From Ascidiella aspersa (lineage: Eukaryota), in assembly GCA_963924565.1 (NCBI GenBank), contig OZ004615.1:20274001-20338000 (forward strand): DNA of 64,000 nt, given 5' to 3'. The notes beneath the pieces were generated by a model. It saw only the letters and a list, made by a program, of their open reading frames with translations. It was not told where the DNA came from and did no database searches. Of this stretch, positions 51,801 to 60,800 are shown in pieces. The position numbers were made by a program, and so were the translations under genes. How positions within the stretch are numbered: the stretch's first letter is position 1; each line of letters begins with the position of its first letter.

Positions 51801-54800
51801 GCGTTGAGGCAAACGGACATTGGAACCTTGTAACGCATGCGTCTCCAGACATCACCCCATATGCGGTGGGGAATATTGACGCAACGTAAACACGTCATAA
51901 CTCAATTGGCGCCCGGTGACCTATCGATCCATTGCCAGTGCTACGCGCGTTACAAGAAATGTTTGTTACATATGCAAATAGCACAGCGGAACAAAGAATA
52001 CAGGAATCGTGTTTTGAGTAATGCGCAGCATCCTTGTAAAGAAGAGGCCTTTAAATTACGCGCTAAGCATCTATTTTTTATACACAGCCATTGTTGTATG
52101 TGCTTGAGTTCACCATTATAGCATGTGATGCTGTTTTGAATAGAGCTCTGGCATTTTTGACTTCTATTATGCATCACACTTCCGTTAATTTAGTCTACTG
52201 CGGTTGGACCAGTGGTTTTCAATTAGTGTCAAGACGCAAAATAACCTGTAAACAGAGACATTTCGAAGCGAATTATATTTTATTGGCACGGAGAGCTTTA
52301 AAGGCTTTTCAAAGCCGCTGTGTGTCGTGACGATGAAGCATGCCTTTTTGCACATAAAGCAATTTGCTGGCTCTACATTGCCTTTTTGTTGTTTTAAGTT
52401 AAGGTATTGCTTAAGCATAAATCAGTCAGGAACGTGTGACTTTTATGACAAAGACTTGACTTGCTATTTATTCAAAAAGACTTGACTCGGACTTAAGTTA
52501 TTTTACAAATGACTTCATTCGGACTTCAGTAAAATGATTTAAAACTTCGTAAAACACGCCAAAAATTTTCACCCTTCAAAAGGCAGCACTGCGAGGACAT
52601 CATCGTAAAATTTATCGGTCTATATAGCTTACCGGTCAGCATCGACATGGTTGTGGTCTTGCCGGCGCCGTTGTGGCCCAACAGAACGTTGATCTGTCCC
52701 TCGTACATGTTAAAGTTTAGGCGGTCCACAGCCACTTTCTCTTTGCCGTTGGTCTTGAAAACCTGCGTCGCGTAAACAGACAGACGCGTTATACTTGGCC
52801 GCGTGGTTAAAGGCATAGCGAACATTTAGGGTTACACAACCTAGGAGGCTATTTTTAAGGGGGTGTCTTTGGAATGGTAGATTTGGCAAATGATTTGCAA
52901 AAATAGCAACATTAGGAATGTTAACCGTTTCAACTGGACTAGAAGACTTGAATGTCTTTATTCGAATGAACTATAAATTTTTCATTCGAATAAAGACATT
53001 CAAGTCTTCTAGTCCAGTTGATTTACTGATTCATGCCATACTATACAATTTTTTACAAATATGAAGCATTTTGCAGGATGGCGAATAAACAAGATTGTCT
53101 TATAGTGTTCTTAATGCTTAAGGGTGTATAGAGATATTTTAGATTTTTGAAGATTTTTTTACCAGTAAGCTTCTTGATTCCTCTGTTTGTGTATGAGCAA
53201 TAAGTAAAGAATACATTTTTTCCTGTATTGAAAACAGTTGGTGCCTGTTAGATGGCAGCTTCGCCAGGTCTGTCCTTGCGTCTCGCACGGTGGCCTCTGA
53301 TAGCGACAATACAATTTTTCTTATAAAGATTGCTTTCTAGTTACTACCGATTAATTCGAATCTTATCTAATGGCAGATCTTTTACGGAACCTGACTTTGC
53401 ACGAAAATACTATTAAAGACACCTGCTGGTTTCGAATGCCTCCCCAAAGATTTCCGCCAGACTAATGACGTACTTCTCCCTCCCAGGCGGACATATTTTC
53501 TCCTGAATAATAGGCTATCCTTTAATACATTTTTATTTAGCCTTGGCGGGCATCCGATTTTGCCTTGTTATTGCTCTTAGGTTAGGACTGTTGGCACTGT
53601 ACTCGTTGTTGGTAAAATAAATACGAGACCCTGGGAAAGCGGTTTGATTTTTGAAGTCCCAGTCAAGTCATAATTAGAGCAATTAAATTTCAAGTCAAGT
53701 TCTTTTTATACAAATTACACGTTAAGCTATTAAAATCGGAACTCGTCCGATTATTTATCAGCAATACCCTAACTAAAAACTACCAAAAACGCAATATATG
53801 GCAAGCAAAATGTTTTACGTGCTCAAATTAAAATAAATAACCTAGTTTTACTAAAATGCTTATTGAAAATACTTCATTTTATCTGAATTCGTTTGTCTAA
53901 AAGACTTAATTTAAGTCCAGTTATTTGCCGAAAAGACTAAGGCAAGTAATTTTGCCCAAAAGATTAAGTCAAGTTAAGTCATTTGAAAACAGTGACTTAC
54001 TTCAGTCATTACAACTGATTTTTGCAACAGGAAATATTCAAATTATTTCAGTACAGGTCAAATATAAAATATATATTTTGGCAATCCAATTTTACTAGCT
54101 GCGGCTTCAGCTTTTTCACGCTTTGCCATTTATCAAATGTATAGAAGTAATACGGCCATATAAACAATTGACCGACCAACATCTTGTCATGTCTCAGTTA
54201 CCACGTTAAATTATGTCGCGTAAACAAAGAAAAAGCGAAATAGTTTTCCTTAAATATCACCTGCAGCTCTTATTTATTTAAAATCTTAATAATTAAGTAT
54301 TAAATTCTGTTTCGAGAAGAACCCGTTTTTCGTTCACTTATGTCCCATGTTAACTCAAGCCACTGAATGTAGTTTTACTTTTTCATTCATAGTTACCAAC
54401 CACACAATATACTGGTGCCGTTATCGTTGGGCAATACGACTCTAGAACGGCTTGATCACAGAATACACACTGTGTATAATGTATGTTTTACATGAATGCC
54501 AGTTTTAAAGTTTGTCGATATATATTTCGGTGTTATTCTCATCAAATGACTAACTTTGATCTTGACAGAAAAGCAAGACCAAGATATCTCCTTTATAACA
54601 AATTGTCTTCTTTATAACAATTTGGTTTGTGATTAAAATGACATTCTCCAGGTTGTGTATTTCTTATACATGCGCCTTGCTTTCAATTATTTATGCACAA
54701 AATTTTGCAGAGAGGGCGTCGCGAAAAGACACGCCAAGTGTTTGTATCACGACCACTATATGGGAGAAAGAGCAACGCACATTTGCAAAGGCGGACTTGA

Positions 54801-57800
54801 GAAAATGCATTCCCGGCCTACAGGTTCAAACGCGTATGGTTAACGAGTCCTGCTCTGTTTTTTTGAGTGGTAAACGCCAAACAGAAAATATAGGCACGGT
54901 GTCAGGCATTGATCCTAATACACAAAATAAATATTTCAGCCTTGTGCCAATGAAAAACAAACAACAGATTCTTAGTTGACGAGAACAATTCGTGCGGCTT
55001 TAAAGAGTAATTTACTAGAATATATAAAGTTGGCTGACATTGATCGCAAAACGACAAATTTACTAGAATGCTAATAATAATGGCTGATTGAAGTACTTTT
55101 TTAAGTTTTGTGCTAGTATATACTTTTTGATATTATTTGAGTGGAGAATACAATCAATAGCTATACGTTAGCGTCGAATGTATCAGAAAATAAGCAAATG
55201 AATGCAAATTTATTTTTTTAACTGGGCAATGGACGTGCCAAAAATGAAAAGAAAAACCTATTTGTCAAACTACAACGTGTTTTTGCTCAAGATTGAAGAT
55301 CGATTCTATTTCTTCTTTCATAACTTTTTCTTTCTGATAAAGCAAAGCACTCTATCTTCAAACAATCTTTGTAGATGGCCATATTTGTCTAATTCTTAAT
55401 ATGGTAATCAGGTGGCACAAGTCAGAATTTGACCTAATGAAGCACGGTTGTGCGAAAGCTTGTCGAGAATGGACCGATATATCGGTTTACCGACAATATC
55501 GGCCGGTATTACTTTGGCCGATATTTTAGTACGAAAATATGATAGGATTTTACCTGCCCCAGAAAATTCTGGATTTAGCATCACGCCAAGGTAATATGCA
55601 AATAAAAAGTTAAATAATAATCAATAAAGGTTAATAAACTAAAACGTTATTTGCATTTTATTTTCAATTAATTCAAGTTTTGAACATTTCTTAGGTATAT
55701 AAAAAAAATCGGTATCGGGTATCGGTTATCGGTTGGCAAAATTGTAAAAATAGGGTATCGGTTCAAAAAAGTGATATCGGTCGATCTCTACTTTATATCG
55801 CGCCACCTGATTACCACATCTCCCAACAGAGCGAAAAAAAAACATCCTTCTCCTACCTTAGTCAGATCCTTGATCTCAACAACTCGTCGCAGCTGGCTCG
55901 GCTCCTCCTCAAAGAACTCCTTTGCTACGTTACCGTTGATGCAACCTCCGTTCTGGATGCCGGTATCCCCGTCGCATCCTCCCTCCACATCCTCGATCAC
56001 GGAGAGGATCGGACTAGGCTTCTTTACCGCTCCGGTCCAGTAGCTCTTCTGTTTTGTAAAAGTTCAGAAATGCTCAGAAAACTATAGGGAAGACGTCTGC
56101 CTCGTGCCAACGCCTTATGGAATGGTACACCGAAAAGCCATCGCAGACTTGGCGAATGATCCAAGCAAGGCAGGCTAGAGAAACAACTAGCCTGCAGTGA
56201 GGTTCGAACTCACGACCTCCGGCCATACTGGGACCCAATATAGATACGAAAGCCGTAATCGTTGGTCAAAAAGCAGCTTCCGAGGGCCTAGATCACAGTT
56301 GTTATTAAAACACATATGTGTGTGTGTTTTTCATTATATAATCGGACATACCAACTCGAGCATGCTATTCTATTCTGCATGTACTAAGTCAACTTTGGGC
56401 CTTTGTTCAAGAAAAATCCGATGTCGATCTATACCCTATAGGCGCCCAGTAAACGAAATATATTTTGACCTGTATAGTCGGTAATTGTACACTGTACAGT
56501 TAGCCTAGCTGTACAGTATACATGCGTTTTAATTTTTAGAAGTTACATTGCAATCGGCAACGTTTATACTTGTCTGGGGAAGTGTGTCGTTATCCCGAAT
56601 AAATACTGACAAACCCACTTGTGTTGCCTACACTGCGAATTGTGTGGTGGCACAATATATATTACAGAAACGAAGGACCAAACCTAAAACAGTGCAGAAT
56701 ACGATATGTGCTTTAAGAGCTATCTTTTATTTTGTGTAAGGATTATTATGCAGACCAAGTTGCTATTGTTGGCCAGTGGCTCCTAACGAGTTCAGTGTTA
56801 AAATAAGGTTCGTTTTGCGATACGTTCCTTACAGTCTATATGGTATTTTGTCAGTACTTTCCAGTCGGTGTTCTGTTCAAGAGAACACGTGCTGTAAGCA
56901 ACACTGTATGACAACAGACCCTGACTAAGGTTTGTAAAAAAATTTTGAGCAATTTTATATAACTCACAGCATAATACTTGAAAAAGTAGGTTTAGCGAGA
57001 CTATAATGAAGCGCTACAATAGAAAAAATATTGAATTCCACACAAGTGGGTAAAAAAGTTTTGTAATTTTCGTAATAGATTATTTAAAGGATCTGTCTGA
57101 TTAAGCATTTTATAGTTTCACCTTTTTCTTACATACAAAATAAAACAGTGTTAACACTTGCACACTTGAACAAAACAACCCCAGTTGAAAAGGTATAGCA
57201 AGGCTATTTCGTGATACGCGCCAAAGCAAAGCGAAGGTTCATGAACTGGGCAAGGTGGGTAATTTGACTTACTGTGAATGGGAAATACCAGCGCTTCGGA
57301 ATGCCATATTCTCCAGGCCACACTCCCTCGATATAAACAGCGAGCATCATATACAGCACAGCGTCCAATATCAGCATCAGAAACACCTGCCATCGTCAAG
57401 AAAACAAAATCAGTCGCCCCGTTATTTTTCTGAATGCGACTGGTTTTAAAGGGTGGCGCACAAGACGCGAAAACTTTAAAATGGAATATAAAATTATTTT
57501 TAGTGCGATTGTAGGGGAGACGACTGGGCCAATGCGAGTGTTAGAGTTCCTAAAATAGACATTAACAGTGTTTGGTTAGGTGTTTTGAGCGAAATGGTCT
57601 ATTGAATCTTTTTAACGATCCCTTGACTTAGCTGTAAAATACTGCGTTTATTATTTTTCCGTAATGACATGGTTGTGACTTTTTGTAGCAGTCTTAAAAA
57701 ATGGGTAAGAATATGTCGATTTATAATGTTCACCGAGTCCAGCAAGTTTGCGAAATTTCGACTGAGTGACAAACATATTTCAAGTGGCGAAAAAATATTT

Positions 57801-60800
57801 ACCACACTTCAATTTGTTCTGAAACATTGGTTTGGAGCCAACACTTTTTTGTCTAGTTGAGAAAACTAGGATAAAAGGCGTTTTTTTATTTTTTTCTACA
57901 AAACATACCTTTGAAAAGCACTGTTATAGATTATAACAAAAAAACTCAAAGTTTAAAAACCCGAGCAATACCAGAATCAGACATTTTTAAAGGAATATAT
58001 ATTTTGCCTAACACTCGCTGCCAATGGTTTTGGATTCCACAAAGATACACCATGTCATAGATTGTTATATGCGCGTGATAATTTACCTGTAGCATGGTAA
58101 AGTTGTCGTCTACCGTTACCGAGCTGTTTAGATTGCTCCATTGAAGACCAGAACCTTGGAAATATGAAGTTCTTATTGAATGCAGACTAATTGAAAACAC
58201 TTTTCATCACCCGACAAAAAGAAAAAATCAAGTATTTTTAGAACCTTGAAAAGATAAAATTGTCATTGAATGCAGACTTATTGAAAACACTTTTCATCAC
58301 CCGACAAAAAGAAAAAATCAAGTATTTTTAGAACCTTGAAAAGATAAAATTGTCATTGAATGCAGACTAATTGAAAACACTTTTCATCACCCGACAAAAA
58401 GAAAAAATCAAGTATTTTTAGAACCTTGAAAAGATAAAATTGTCATTGAATGCAGACTTATTGAAAACACTTTTTATCACCAAACAAACAAAAAAACTGA
58501 AATATTTTTTTAGCGCTATAGAAAACCATTATATTAGGCCAAACACCTGAAACAGCAGAAGATGGAACGAAATTCCGTCGACTAATTACGGGCATTTCCA
58601 ATTCTCCGAAGTCTAATTAATTTCACGTCTTAACCCGGAAATGTGTTACAACGAGTCTCGCTAATTAAAGGGTCGGTCGATACGATAAACCGTTAATTGA
58701 GGACAATCTACTTCCAAAAAATAATGCTAAGCCGGCGAAAGCAAACCTTTTCCCTCGAACATTCCGATCAACTGACAGCCGTTGGCCATGGCTACGTTGG
58801 AAAGCAGGCAAGACACCACCTTAACGGCCAGGCTCAGCTGGTCGTAGCTGTTCTCCATAAAGAGATACGGCATGTAGGTCAGACCGTACAGCACACCGCC
58901 GGCCGCTGCGCCTACATTGGCTGCGAAAGAATTGGATGGAAATAAACGAAACGTCGTTCACTGTAGCTTTGTCGCAATGGAAGAGTCCAGCCCAGGTGTG
59001 GGCAATTATTTTTAACATTAAGGCGCCGCATGAAAGACACAAAATGTCTTGGCGGGCCGGATTGAAAAGGGGATTTGAAATACACATAAAATAAACTAAA
59101 GTGTGGCTCCTTTGTAACGATATCTATAAATATTTTAGTTTAGATAAGCTGGTAAGAGTATGGGAATAAGTGAAGATATCTTGCTTGTATTATTCATTCA
59201 ACAAAGATTCCAAAAGTACAAAAAGTTTTACAAAAAGTATGCCGCGGGCCGTAGTTTACCCAGGTCTGGTCTATAGCTGCTAGGTATATGTCAAATCTTT
59301 TTGAGCCAGTGCTAAAACGCAATGCATATAGACTATAGTGGTAGTAGCGGTACCAGTCCAATAATAAGGTGGTATTGGTACTGTTTAACCACGTCTATTT
59401 ACCCTCTTCGTCCATGGTTTAACGCTAAGACTCACTTTGTTAAAGCTAAAGCTGATTTTGGCGAAACTACCACATTTGAAGGTTAATATTTTTATTAATT
59501 CGGTACAAAAATATTGTCTATTGCGTTTGGATAGGACGGTAGGGGAATTTCGAGTGTCAACTTCTAAAATTCAATGCAACTTCTCCAAAATTAAATAGTT
59601 TGTATAGCTAGGCTAACACGTAGCTATAATTGGTACAACTACCTGACTACAGCATTCAGGTCGAAACTTTATTTATTAGTTTGGCTAGGGTGACCAGTAC
59701 AGAAGAACATGTAGAATTGAGATGTCACCCTTCCCATAAGGCGTTACAGCATGAAGCAATAATCAATAACGGACGTCTCCCGAAGTGTGTGCGTTCCGAG
59801 TCGGTCGTGCCATTCACCCGACGTTTGACAAGTTCCAAGAACTTTTCTGTCACCAAGAAGCCTGTCACTGCTTTACGACATAGATGGCACACAGTCCGAA
59901 ACTAATGACGTGCGTTTGACAATATTTGATTTTCGCCTTATCACCTATCAGCATTTGAGAGATATACTGAATGCTCGTTGACTGTTTTTTTCTTACTTTT
60001 TGGCATGACTTAATAATAATGGACCGCTTAAATCATGCTTTTAACTTAAAAAAATGGTTTTAAATCGCCAAATAAGTGAGAAAAATTCTTGATAAATTGG
60101 AAAATTCTTAATAATTCCATTTAAGGTTAAATTTAATAACAGTTGTAAAAATTGAATTAAAGTCACCATGTCACAAACAGAGCCCCAAAACACTGCATAA
60201 TAATGTTCCAGGTCACGGCAAGATTAAAAAGAATGAAAATTAATCGAAGACAAACTTATTTTAAACCCCCAAATTTCAGCCGCACATTTTGCGAATTGCA
60301 AAACAAACAAAAAAAATTTAATAGAAAATGCATTTTTATACAAATTCGCACAAATTCTTTGATTTGACCGGCTACCAGAAAAACACAAGACATGTGCCAA
60401 GCCTAAAAGCTTCCTTATGTCAAAACCCGGCAATTTAAATAGTTTTTTTCCACGAACCACAATCGATTTTAACACAATGGCGAACCGGATTACAGAAACC
60501 CCCGCGCGAAGCACAACAGCTAAGCGTGCCTTTGTGTTGCTTGAAGTATACTTATGCAAAATACACCAGTACCACGTATCCTTGTCATTCTAAATGTATG
60601 GATTATATTCACTAAATTCTCTATCAAGTGATAGGATCTCTATAAATAGGAACGGCAATAACTGGTAACTTAAGAAAACGAATTCACATTGTGCTTTGTA
60701 AAATACTTGAACACTATTTGGCCTTAACCTAGCAGCGGGTCGGCCATCATATGATATCAACGCTTTCACTAATTAGTATCAAGACGCATGTGGACATATT

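Noticed and set aside
58150-58490. CRISPR-like array (also considered for 2401-2673 and 41460-42190)
   Set aside because: Units repeat in full with no unique spacers, the context is a eukaryotic intron, and there are no cas genes.
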